DNA of 64,000 bases, taken from an uncultured Eubacterium sp. Its GTDB lineage: Bacteria; Bacillota; Clostridia; Oscillospirales; CAG-272. A model generated the notes under the pieces. It saw only the letters and a program-made list of their open reading frames with translations, had not been told where the DNA came from and made no database searches. Below are positions 25,510-34,349 of the stretch, one piece after another. Within the stretch, counting starts at the first letter, position 1, and each line of letters opens with the position of its first letter. Position numbers and translations under genes: made by a program. The stretch covers positions 69,031-133,030 of the forward strand of contig UQUT01000001.1 of the NCBI GenBank assembly GCA_900544285.1, written 5' to 3'.

Positions 25510-27246
25510 TTAATAGGCAGGCACACCGTAGCCGAGTATCTCGTAATAGCCGATGGAATACTCCCGGAGTCTCACGCTGTCGCCTGAGTTTCCCTCAACG
25601 GTATAAACCTTTCCGTTTTCGACCTTTTGGACGATACCTGTATGGTCAGATTCCCCGTCCTGCGGGCCGGATTCACCATCGGGCGAGTCCCAATCAAAAA
25701 AGATAATCATACCGGGGGCAGGTTCATTGGAACCGTCAAGCCATTGGCCTCGATCCTTAAACCACTGCACACCGTTGACACAGCCTGCGTATTTGGGTAT
25801 TACCCCTGCGTCGATATAGCCGCACTCATTGGCAACCCAACTGACGAAGCAGGCACACCATTCCACTCTGGAATTGAAACCATACCAACTCCAATAGGGT
25901 TCGCCGCCCAAGTTTCCAACCTGAGAGAGCGCAACTGTAACAATCTGCCCCTCGTCATAGGAAATCCCATAGAGAACCGCAGACCATAGGGAATTGTTCT
26001 CGTCGGCAAGCAGCTCGGCAAGATAGCCTTTCTGTTCTTCATTAAATCCATACTGAGCCGCCATTTCATCGGCGGTTTTGTGCGAAACCGTAATATATAG
26101 GTAGGTCTGCGTGACCGTACTTTCGGTTTCAACAATATTGCCGTGGCCATCATCGGTTTCGGTAATCATCGTTTCGGTATTGGTTTCTGTCCGGGAGGAT
26201 ATTTCGTTCATTTCCCAAAAGATGTCCTTCATAAGTTGTTTTTTTGAATCGTCCATCGTGGCGACTTCCTGTGGGTTGTCGGGATCAGTATTGGTTTTTA
26301 CGGCATACACCGCAAGCACCTCTTTCCAAACAGCCCTGCTGCCACTCATTTCAAGAACATCGTAGGATACTGAATCTTTTTTCTCCTGAAGCTTAGCATC
26401 GTAATCGGAATTGATCTCCTGCACTACGGTCTGCATTGTCATACCTGTGCCGGAATCTTCTCCCGAAAAGAAGATCCCAAATACAGAACCGAGAAGCAGA
26501 CCAATCAGACAAATCACAATAATCACAACAACCGCAACCCACCCTCCGGCAGCAATAGCGGCGACCAATGCTTTTGTGGCGGCAATAATCGCCTTGACTG
26601 CCGCAATCGTCGCTTTTACGGCGGCTTTCACCCCAACGGCAACAGCCTTTGCGGTTGCTCTCGCCGCCTGAATCGCTCTCTGCGTTGCTTTCACCGTGGC
26701 CTGCGCCGTTTTCTGTGCCGCCTTTGCAGCCTGCTGTGTAGTTTTAACGGCTGTTTTAGCGGTGCGCTCTGCGGTTTTGACTGTTTTCTGCGCTGTTTTA
26801 GCCGAACCCCTGCCAACGGTTTTAATCGTCTTTTTCCCCGCAGATCGGGCAGACTGCTTCACCGTCTTTTTCGTTTCCTGAACTGCTTTCACTCCTTTGT
26901 TTCGGGGAGTGCGGATAGATTGCTTTTCAAGGGATTGCGCCGCCCGTTTCTCCTTAAATTTCTGAATCCCATCTTTTGCTTTTGAGATATTCTGTTTGGT
27001 GGTTTCCAGACCTTTGCGCCCCTGCTTATCAAACTGGCGGGCAGCTTCGTGGGTAATGCGGTCAGCACCGCCCTCAATCCGGTTGGAAGCGTATTCTTCC
27101 GCACTACTCTCCTGAGCGTGGGTAGAATGTTCCGCTTTTTCTTTGGTTTGAATAAAGGCGGATTTCATTCTTTCTGCGGCAACCGCCGATTTGTTTATCG
27201 TCTTGATCGTGCCTTTGACCATATCCCTCGTCTTTATATCAGGCAT
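25510..27246 (-). CDS. Conjugation-associated cell-wall hydrolase (C-terminal NlpC/P60-CHAP-type domain)
   Basis: ATG at 27246 with AAAGGAGG upstream. Ala/Lys/Thr-rich N-terminal half and one TM helix. C-terminal WCACFVSWVANECGY....HTGIV fits a papain-like Cys/His pattern. Confidence 0.8.
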   Translation of the reverse strand: MPDIKTRDMVKGTIKTINKSAVAAERMKSAFIQTKEKAEHSTHAQESSAEEYASNRIEGGADRITHEAARQFDKQGRKGLETTKQNISKAKDGIQKFKEKRAAQSLEKQSIRTPRNKGVKAVQETKKTVKQSARSAGKKTIKTVGRGSAKTAQKTVKTAERTAKTAVKTTQQAAKAAQKTAQATVKATQRAIQAARATAKAVAVGVKAAVKATIAAVKAIIAATKALVAAIAAGGWVAVVVIIVICLIGLLLGSVFGIFFSGEDSGTGMTMQTVVQEINSDYDAKLQEKKDSVSYDVLEMSGSRAVWKEVLAVYAVKTNTDPDNPQEVATMDDSKKQLMKDIFWEMNEISSRTETNTETMITETDDGHGNIVETESTVTQTYLYITVSHKTADEMAAQYGFNEEQKGYLAELLADENNSLWSAVLYGISYDEGQIVTVALSQVGNLGGEPYWSWYGFNSRVEWCACFVSWVANECGYIDAGVIPKYAGCVNGVQWFKDRGQWLDGSNEPAPGMIIFFDWDSPDGESGPQDGESDHTGIVQKVENGKVYTVEGNSGDSVRLREYSIGYYEILGYGVPAY

Positions 27247-27283
27247 AAAAACCTCCTTTCCGAGCGCCCTGTTACGCTCTAAA

Positions 27284-27322
27284 ATGAAAAAGAGGGGTAA
27301 AGGTACAAACACCTTACCCCTC
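27284..27322 (-). terminator. Internal intrinsic terminator between Cys-rich gene and CHAP gene
   Basis: Minus strand reads gaggggtaaggt-gtttgt-acctttacccctc followed by tttttcatttt. Confidence 0.7.
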
Positions 27323-27362
27323 AAAGTGCGGGCGCTGAAAAGCCGCTTGTTTCAAGGGCTTT

Positions 27363-27713
27363 TTACCCTCTATTTTTCGACTCTGTACGCTTCTTTCTTG
27401 CGTACTCGGCCTGCTGCCGCTTATACGCTTTCTCCGCACACTTTTCGCAATATTTTTTCTTGTTGTTTCGCTTGATAATGGGAGTACCGCAGGCAACGCA
27501 CCTGTCAGGGTGTGTTCCGAGTATCTCTGCTTCAAGCAACGGCTCAGCCGGAAGCACGGCATTTCGGAAATACTTACATAATAAGGAATAGGAAATACTC
27601 TGCACACAAACGCAGGGTTCTCCGTCATCGAGAAGCAAGCAGTTTCCTCCGTCATAATTAGCGCAAAGCCTTTTAATCAAGGCGTTGGATCTCTGCCGCT
27701 GCTTGGGCGTCAT
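27363..27713 (-). CDS. Cysteine-rich VLP-type small protein
   Basis: LCANYDGGNCLLLDDGEPCVCVQ....C.YF and CVACGTPI....YCEKC, as seen in the Cys_rich_VLP family of Firmicutes conjugative elements. Confidence 0.7.
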   Translation of the reverse strand: MTPKQRQRSNALIKRLCANYDGGNCLLLDDGEPCVCVQSISYSLLCKYFRNAVLPAEPLLEAEILGTHPDRCVACGTPIIKRNNKKKYCEKCAEKAYKRQQAEYARKKRTESKNRG

Positions 27714-28506
27714 CTGCGGAAGCATTCAGCGAACCTTCCTCCATAATCTTTTTAGCGACAACAACAAGCCTGCCGTTGGTATGGGAATACTCACAGGTGG
27801 AAAGGGTAATCAGCTTATCACCGTATTCTGCCGACACTCCGGTATCATACAGCGAAAGCTCTTTGCATTTCTCAATAAACGCCGTAAATTCCTCCGGCGA
27901 CTGAGCGTTGGTAAAGCGGTAGAATTTGAAGGAATCAGGGCTGTCGGTATAAACCACGGTTTTGAAAACCGCAACAATCTCATATTCGCACTTCTCGGTC
28001 AGGGTATTAAATGTGACCGTCTTGTGATTTTTCCAGAAATCCTCGCTTTTGAATTTCTCGAGATTGGCAAACATACTGCCGTTTTTCATATTGTGGCCGT
28101 AGATTACGATATTGTCCGAAGGTGCCTGCACATCGCAGTCCTCCTGCACATAGGGGCAGCCATAGTCGGTATATCCTTTATCAAATCCGTGTTTGAGATA
28201 GAAATTCGGGTTGTCTACCGTCTGCATAACAGGGTAGTTGATATTCGTATCTTCCACACGAACCCAACCGACCAAATCGCTGTTCTGGCGATAAAGCTCC
28301 GTCAGTTCCGGCAAAATGGCTGCGTCCTCAGAATACTGGATTGGTTCGGTCGGTTCTGTTTCAGGTTTCTCCACAATCTGAGCAAGGGAACCGTACATCT
28401 GCGCCTGTTCCTTTTCCTCCTGAAAGTGGTCGATTATAAAATAGGTGCTTGTGCCGAGCAGGGCAACAAACGCCGCAATTAAAATGATACAAATGGTCTT
28501 TTTCAT
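27673..28506 (-). CDS. srtB: Class B sortase
   Basis: N-terminal TM helix. Motifs VGWV.V..TNINYPVMQ, IYGHNMKNGSMFANL and TLSTCEY (the TLxTC catalytic Cys). Confidence 0.85.
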   Translation of the reverse strand: MKKTICIILIAAFVALLGTSTYFIIDHFQEEKEQAQMYGSLAQIVEKPETEPTEPIQYSEDAAILPELTELYRQNSDLVGWVRVEDTNINYPVMQTVDNPNFYLKHGFDKGYTDYGCPYVQEDCDVQAPSDNIVIYGHNMKNGSMFANLEKFKSEDFWKNHKTVTFNTLTEKCEYEIVAVFKTVVYTDSPDSFKFYRFTNAQSPEEFTAFIEKCKELSLYDTGVSAEYGDKLITLSTCEYSHTNGRLVVVAKKIMEEGSLNASADDAQAAAEIQRLD

Positions 28507-29264
28507 CGTGTATTCCTTTCTTCGTTTATTCTTCTGACGGCAATCTCATAGTAATGGCTGTCGATTTCACAGCCGATAAAGCGCCGTTTGTTCCGAATGG
28601 CCGCAATCGCTGTCGTTCCCGTCCCCAAGTACGGATCGAGAAGAAAATCCCCCTGTTTGGAGGAAAGCTGAACCAGCCATTCGACGCACTCCACATTTTT
28701 AATCGTGGGGTGGTAAATTCCGTTTTTCTTCTGCCATACCGAATTATAGGTGGATTTGGGATAAGCGGAACCGAACCAACAGCTATCGAGCCGAAACCGA
28801 TAACCCTCTTTTGGCTTTTTTATCCGTTTAACAAGCTGCGTCTTTTCAAACTTCCTTCGCCCTTTGTGGCAGAAGATTACCCATTCCGAATTGTTGGCAT
28901 AGCTGCCGCTTAAATCCCCAATTCCTCCGAGCGTCCCTTTTTCAATCACAAGGCAGTTTTTAATGATGAACCCTGCGTTTATCAGGGAATGATAATGAAG
29001 GGGGTATCTGTCGAATCGGGTAAAGAAATATGCGTGGGCATTGTCTTTCAGCACACGGTAGCATTCGTCTGCCAACCAATCGTAGTCAATTCCTTCGTCC
29101 CCTTTCAGGGGATTATGCCTATTCCTTGTAAAATGGTTGACATACTGAATCCCATAAGGCGGATCGGTGATAATCAAGTCGATGGAATTGCCGGGGAGCT
29201 GCCCGAACAACTCCCCGCAATCCATACAGTAGACCTTGTTTTCCTCAACTCGCATTTTCTTCAC
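28503..29264 (-). CDS. Orphan DNA methyltransferase (beta-class N6A/N4C type)
   Basis: DLIITDPPYG (motif IV) lies near the N-terminus and LLDPYLGTGTTAIAA (motif I) near the C-terminus. No adjacent endonuclease gene. Confidence 0.85.
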   Translation of the reverse strand: MKKMRVEENKVYCMDCGELFGQLPGNSIDLIITDPPYGIQYVNHFTRNRHNPLKGDEGIDYDWLADECYRVLKDNAHAYFFTRFDRYPLHYHSLINAGFIIKNCLVIEKGTLGGIGDLSGSYANNSEWVIFCHKGRRKFEKTQLVKRIKKPKEGYRFRLDSCWFGSAYPKSTYNSVWQKKNGIYHPTIKNVECVEWLVQLSSKQGDFLLDPYLGTGTTAIAAIRNKRRFIGCEIDSHYYEIAVRRINEERNTR

Positions 29265-31584
29265 CGAATTTGGTAGTCATCAGCTTGTAAAGCTTGGTGT
29301 TTTTGGGGAACTTGTTTGCAAACGGAACAATGCTTGAACCTACCTTGATTAAGCCGTGTCCGGCCTCCACATTGGTAATATACGACATTTGCATATCGGA
29401 GATATTCAGAAGCCTGCCAAGCTCAATTCTGTCGGTACTTGCTTGATTTGCCATAATCAAAAATTCGCTGTTGCTGAGCATTGTCCTTGCCGTGTGACTC
29501 TGCAAGAGGTCGTCCACATTTTGAGTGATACCCGTCGCATAAGCGCCGTATTTCCTCACTCGTTTCCACAAGGTGAATAGGAAGTTTGCGGAATACTCGT
29601 GCTGAAACAGAAGGTAGATCTCATCAATAAAGATGAAGGTATTTTTGCCCTTTGCACGGTTCTGCGTAATACGATTGAGAATGGAATCCAGAACCACGAG
29701 CATTCCGATGGGCATTAACTGCTTGCCGAGGTCGAGAATATCATAGCATATCAGACGGCTTCCGGTATTCACATTCGTATGCTTCGCAAAGGTGTTCAGG
29801 CTGCCGTTGGTAAACAGCTCAATGGCAAGGGCGATCTCCTGCGCTTCGGGTTCCTCCTGTTTCAAGAGTTCATTTCTGAAATCCTGCAAGGTCGGCACTT
29901 CGCCCTGATAATCATTCTGCTGATAGGTGCGGTAAACCGAAGCGGTACAACGGTCGATAATGGATTTCTGCTTTGCACCGAGGTTCGTCCCGCCGATAAG
30001 CTGTTCGCAAAGAGACATAATAAACTCGGATTTGAGAATAACCGGGTTCGCCCCATCGCCGTATTCCTTTGTCATATCCATAGCGTTGATATGGTTTTGA
30101 GAAGTGGCGGAGATGTGGATTACTTCACCGCCGAGCGCCTTGACAAGCGGAGAATATTCCCGCTCAGGATCAATTATAACCACATCTGAATCGGAGGATA
30201 GAATGACATTCTCAATCTCGCCTTTTGCGGCGAAGGATTTACCACTGCCTGACACGCCGAGGATAAAGGAATTGCCGTTGAGAAGCTGTTTGCGGTCGGC
30301 AATAATCATATTTTTGCTGATGACATTCTGCCCGTAGTAGATTCCGTTCTCGTGAAAAATATCCTGTACCCGGAATGGGATAAAGACCGCCAAAGATTCG
30401 GTGGTCAGGGTGCGGAAGGTATCAATCTTTCTCACGCCAAACGGCATAGCCGTGTTCAGACCGTCCATCTGCTGAAATTTCAGGATACCAAACTGACACA
30501 GGTGCTTTCTCGCCGTGGTGAGCAGGGCTTCGGTGTCGTTGTCGAGCTGTTCCTTGGTATCCGCCGTATGCACAAGAGTCAGAACGGCAAACATCATTCT
30601 CTGATCCCTTGTGGTCAAATCGTCGAGAAACTCCTTCATTTCCTTTTTCTGCTGTTCCATATCATAAGGCACGGTTGCCGAAAAGTTGTTGTTGGAATTT
30701 TGTCTCCTTTGCCAATTCGTTATATTCGTTTCAACCCCAAGCAGGCGGTTTTCTGCTTCTTTCACCGCTTCATCGGTGGGAACAGGCACAACGTCAATCG
30801 ACATCATCAGGTTACGGTTCAGATCGGTCAGCTCGGCTACCATACTATCCTTAATATAGGAGGCGTATTCCCGTAAAAAAAGAACCCTCCCAAAACGGTT
30901 TCCCATCTTGAAAAAGTCCTTCTCAAATTCCATTGTATCGGGGCAGATATAGTCTTTGAAGCTGTGCCCCTTTTTTCGAGTTTCCTTCATGTCGAACCGA
31001 TAGGCCGTTTCCTCGCCCACACGGTAGAAATCGTGAAAGATACGCAGTCTTTCATCGGTTTCCAGTTCCACGCATTTACTGCCGAGCCTGCCGAAGTGGG
31101 CAATCAGATCCGCACCGACACGGGCAAAGTAGTTTCGTGCGTCCTCCACATTCTTTTTATTGACCGAAATGGTCATATACTTATCCTGCACGATGGCATT
31201 GGCACCCGTGGCCTTTTCAAGCAGAATTTTGTTGTATTCCTCCCGGTACTCGTCGAGCCTGTCGCCTTTTAGGGGAATGAGAATGTTTTTCTCAAAATCA
31301 AGGCGGTTGAGCCTGCGGTTGTTGATGGTGATTTTGGTCGTTGCGCCGGAGTCAAGGGAATTGAGCAGTTCCGAGTATTCAAGGAACATCGCTTCTTTAT
31401 CTTCACGGCTTGCAACGGCGTAATTTATATCTGAAAACTTAAAGGTCTTGGAAAACTTGTCCTTTCCGATCTGGAAGATACCGTCATCATAAATCACGGT
31501 GACGGGGATTACATCCTGAACGCCCTTCGGCACGACAAACTTTTCCTTCTCCTGCTTGCGAAGATTGGTAAGTGTTTTAATCAT
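29245..31584 (-). CDS. VirB4-family type IV secretion ATPase
   Basis: 779 aa with Walker A GVSGSGKSF and Walker B-like FIFIDEIY. Positioned after the PrgI-like gene. Confidence 0.9.
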   Translation of the reverse strand: MIKTLTNLRKQEKEKFVVPKGVQDVIPVTVIYDDGIFQIGKDKFSKTFKFSDINYAVASREDKEAMFLEYSELLNSLDSGATTKITINNRRLNRLDFEKNILIPLKGDRLDEYREEYNKILLEKATGANAIVQDKYMTISVNKKNVEDARNYFARVGADLIAHFGRLGSKCVELETDERLRIFHDFYRVGEETAYRFDMKETRKKGHSFKDYICPDTMEFEKDFFKMGNRFGRVLFLREYASYIKDSMVAELTDLNRNLMMSIDVVPVPTDEAVKEAENRLLGVETNITNWQRRQNSNNNFSATVPYDMEQQKKEMKEFLDDLTTRDQRMMFAVLTLVHTADTKEQLDNDTEALLTTARKHLCQFGILKFQQMDGLNTAMPFGVRKIDTFRTLTTESLAVFIPFRVQDIFHENGIYYGQNVISKNMIIADRKQLLNGNSFILGVSGSGKSFAAKGEIENVILSSDSDVVIIDPEREYSPLVKALGGEVIHISATSQNHINAMDMTKEYGDGANPVILKSEFIMSLCEQLIGGTNLGAKQKSIIDRCTASVYRTYQQNDYQGEVPTLQDFRNELLKQEEPEAQEIALAIELFTNGSLNTFAKHTNVNTGSRLICYDILDLGKQLMPIGMLVVLDSILNRITQNRAKGKNTFIFIDEIYLLFQHEYSANFLFTLWKRVRKYGAYATGITQNVDDLLQSHTARTMLSNSEFLIMANQASTDRIELGRLLNISDMQMSYITNVEAGHGLIKVGSSIVPFANKFPKNTKLYKLMTTKFGEENAS

Positions 31585-31952
31585 TTCGACTTCATAGCCT
31601 CCTTTATTTTTGCGTCAATACCCGGCTTCATCAGCTCATAGTAGGTATTGGTGGAATGGAAGGTGAGTTTTTTCGGGGTGAGAAACTCCGATTTAATCCA
31701 CGCATAGATGAATTTTTCTGCGGTCATTCCGTTGTATTTGACAAATCCAAGCGCCGCAAAGGGCGCTGCGCCCAAAATGCAGATCCACGAAACGGTTTCG
31801 GTGCCGACATAGGGCTTGAGCAGAAAATACAGCCCAACCGCTACAACGCAGGCGCAGGCAGAAAAGATAAACTGCCTGAGCGATAAACCGAAAAACATCG
31901 ATTCCGTATAGTTTCTGATTTCTCTGTTGATTTTTACTTCCAATTCAGCCAC
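31581..31952 (-). CDS. PrgI/TcpE-like small membrane protein of the T4SS
   Basis: Two TM helices (FIFSACACVVAVGLYFLL, ILGAAPFAALGFV). Conserved position upstream of virB4. Start uncertain: GTG 31952 touches the GGAGG, and TTG 31943 fits the SD spacing better. Confidence 0.7.
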   Translation of the reverse strand: MAELEVKINREIRNYTESMFFGLSLRQFIFSACACVVAVGLYFLLKPYVGTETVSWICILGAAPFAALGFVKYNGMTAEKFIYAWIKSEFLTPKKLTFHSTNTYYELMKPGIDAKIKEAMKSK

Positions 31953-31958
31953 CTCCGA

Positions 31959-32459
31959 TTATCGTTCAAAGCTTTGAGAACCTATGTTCTTCTGCTTGAA
32001 GGCAGCAAGAATATCGGTACCGTCGTAACCGTTTTCAATCATCTTTTCCATCGTCACACCGTTCTGCCTGCAAAACTGCATATACTTTTTCAGCCCATCG
32101 GGGTAATCGGTTTCCATATCCTCTGCCGACAAACAATCCCAAACGCAGTAATGGGCGTCGGGCAGCATACCGACAAGGCGATACCCATCTTCCAGATGGT
32201 TAAACAGGCTGTTGTCGTTAAACAGCAAGGTAGAATCGTATTGCTTCACCGACTGATCGGGGTTCTCTGCAAACGGGTTAAAAGAAATCGCTTCATCTGC
32301 GTTTACCGCATAAGCGAGAGCGTCCTTTTCATTCCCGTCCTTCACAAGCAGATAAAAAAGCTCATAGCTGCCGCCAAGTTCCCGGTTTTCCTGATAAACT
32401 GTCAGGCGTTTCAGGATACGCTCGGTGTATCTCATCATTTTTGCATTGTTGAAATTCAT
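31959..32459 (-). CDS. Hypothetical protein (C-terminus ...SQSFER)
   Basis: ATG at 32459 overlaps the stop of the upstream small ORF (ATGA). 166 aa with no recognised domain. Confidence 0.6.
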   Translation of the reverse strand: MNFNNAKMMRYTERILKRLTVYQENRELGGSYELFYLLVKDGNEKDALAYAVNADEAISFNPFAENPDQSVKQYDSTLLFNDNSLFNHLEDGYRLVGMLPDAHYCVWDCLSAEDMETDYPDGLKKYMQFCRQNGVTMEKMIENGYDGTDILAAFKQKNIGSQSFER

Positions 32460-32626
32460 ACTGTACCTCTTTCTTTTTCTTTTGCCTGCCGGATTTCTTC
32501 GGCGCATACACATTCGTCGGCAAGGCACTTGACCTTGCCTTTTCGTCTGCCGCCGTAGTACAGGCAATATCTGCAATCGCAATCTTCAAGGGTGTAGCCC
32601 TTGAATTTGTTGTAAATCCGTTTCAT
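32456..32626 (-). CDS. Small Cys-rich protein (56 aa), absent from the ORF track
   Basis: MKRIYNKFKGYTLEDCDCRYCLYYGGRRKGKVKCLADECVCAEEIRQAKEKERGTV. AAGGAG lies 6 nt upstream of ATG 32626. Translationally coupled to the next gene. Confidence 0.6.
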   Translation of the reverse strand: MKRIYNKFKGYTLEDCDCRYCLYYGGRRKGKVKCLADECVCAEEIRQAKEKERGTV

Positions 32627-32637
32627 TTGCTTCTCCT

Positions 32638-33474
32638 TTATAAGCCCATCATCTCTCGGATAATGCGGTCGCTCATTTTTACCGCCCCGACCAAAACAAG
32701 CATATTAAAAAGCAGTTCTCCGATATATGACCACACCTGCGTAACTGCCGCAGCGTTGGGATCGACTACCGGGGGCGAAGAAGCGAACAGCGAGAAGATG
32801 ATACACGCCAACACGATAACAGCCCCTTCCAGACAAACGGCGCAGTAGCTTTTGATAAAGCTCTTGCCCACATTCTGGCTCGGCTCTCCTGCAAAGGTGG
32901 AAAGCGGAATCGGGGCGAGCGCCGTATACATATATAATTTGAAAAATCTCCCGTACACGGTCATTATTAAAAGGAAGGACATTACCGTGATGAACAATCC
33001 GCCGATGAGCGTAACCGCCCAAAGGGGAATCGACTCGAAAAAGCCGCAGCTTTCAATGGTATCAATCATCGACTGCGGCAGGGGGGTTTGCTGCGCCGTG
33101 GAAAATCCTGCGGCGGTCATAATGGTGGAGATTGTACCCTGTACGATATTGAACAGGGCAAGCATTAACTCCATACCATAGGTGATCCCCGCCTTTGCGA
33201 GAGCGAACCGGATAAACAGCTTTAAGGCGTGTTCCGGTTTCTTGACTTCACTGAAACTGCCGCAGGTGCGTACCATACCAACCACAAAAAACAGCACAAG
33301 CAAGGCAAGGCCGATTGCCTGAACCGCACCGTTGATATTGACGATTACGCCCCATATCCCGCCGCCTTTGAAATTCTGCGGGGTGGTGGTGATGAGCTGC
33401 CAAATTTCAGCAAGTTTTTCATTCCAAGTCTCGAGGGCGTTTTGGAGATTTTGAACTACCCAGTTATCTGACAC
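32638..33474 (-). CDS. Polytopic membrane protein, VirB6/TrbL-like T4SS channel component
   Basis: 278 aa with about 6 TM helices. GTG start with GAGAGG SD. Position between the coupling protein and VirB4. Confidence 0.6.
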   Translation of the reverse strand: MSDNWVVQNLQNALETWNEKLAEIWQLITTTPQNFKGGGIWGVIVNINGAVQAIGLALLVLFFVVGMVRTCGSFSEVKKPEHALKLFIRFALAKAGITYGMELMLALFNIVQGTISTIMTAAGFSTAQQTPLPQSMIDTIESCGFFESIPLWAVTLIGGLFITVMSFLLIMTVYGRFFKLYMYTALAPIPLSTFAGEPSQNVGKSFIKSYCAVCLEGAVIVLACIIFSLFASSPPVVDPNAAAVTQVWSYIGELLFNMLVLVGAVKMSDRIIREMMGL

Positions 33475-33478
33475 AAAA

Positions 33479-33904
33479 TCACCTCTCTCTTTCCTGTTTC
33501 CTGCGTCGTTCCGTCAGGTCTTTCTTTACATCGTCAAGGGTGGGAAGCGCACCGAAATAGTCGAACTTATCGTTCAAAGATTTCTCAATCAGATTTTCTG
33601 TGTTTCCACCCGATTTCAAATGTTCAATCAGCCCCATAATCTCGTGGGGGTATAGGCAGTGCTGTTCAGTCAGCCACAGGATTTCGCCCACGGCTTTATC
33701 CCCAACCTGTCTCTGTGCAAAATACAGCGCCGAGAATATTCGGTCGAGCCACTTTTGAACAGCCTGCTCATACGGTTCCGGCTTGAAATTGATATACTGC
33801 TCTGAATTTACATTTTCATCTGCAAACGCAATCCATTTCTGGATTATCTTCTGGCCGCACCGGAATCGGTTTTCCATATTGATTTCAAATTCTTTTCTAA
33901 GCAT
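33479..33904 (-). CDS. Hypothetical protein (C-terminus ...KQERER)
   Basis: 141-aa ORF within the conjugation operon. No recognised domain. Confidence 0.55.
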   Translation of the reverse strand: MLRKEFEINMENRFRCGQKIIQKWIAFADENVNSEQYINFKPEPYEQAVQKWLDRIFSALYFAQRQVGDKAVGEILWLTEQHCLYPHEIMGLIEHLKSGGNTENLIEKSLNDKFDYFGALPTLDDVKKDLTERRRKQERER

Positions 33905-33920
33905 TGCTGCCTCCTTAAAA

Positions 33921-33968
33921 ACAAAAAAAAGAGGGGTGTTCCTGAAAATGAATCCAGGAACACCCCTC
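33921..33968 (-). terminator. Strong internal intrinsic terminator after the Maff2-like gene
   Basis: gaggggtgttcctg...caggaacacccctc 14-bp stem followed by tttttttt on the minus strand. Confidence 0.8.
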
Positions 33969-33988
33969 GTGCAAGTGTCGTTTATGAA

Positions 33989-34348
33989 TCAGCCCGTGAT
34001 TAAGGTTAAAATTTCTTTTGCGAAAACAATGATGACGCCGCCCGCCAAGGTCAGAAAGCCGTTCGCTCGCTGCGAAGGATCGTGGGATTTCAACGAAAGT
34101 CCTACCTGTACGATACCAAAGCCGAGCAGAATCATACCGATTGCCCGAATGAATCCAAAGATAAAATCGGACAGGTTATTGACTACGGTTAGCGGATCTC
34201 CGCCTGCCGCAAAAGCCGTCAGGGACATACTCATCACGACAGTCAGCGTCACAACGAGTACGCAGTAAAAACGAAAGCCACGTTTAACCTTTCCGGCCAT
34301 AGGCAGCTTATTGGTTTCCTTCTTCTGGTTTCTATTAAAAAGAGTCAT
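33989..34348 (-). CDS. Maff2-family small membrane protein
   Basis: ATG at 34348 with GGAGG 8 nt upstream, directly after the T4CP stop. Signal/TM segment plus FIRAIGMILLGFGIVQVGLSLKSHDPSQR, typical of Maff2. Confidence 0.7.
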   Translation of the reverse strand: MTLFNRNQKKETNKLPMAGKVKRGFRFYCVLVVTLTVVMSMSLTAFAAGGDPLTVVNNLSDFIFGFIRAIGMILLGFGIVQVGLSLKSHDPSQRANGFLTLAGGVIIVFAKEILTLITG

Positions 34349-34349
34349 T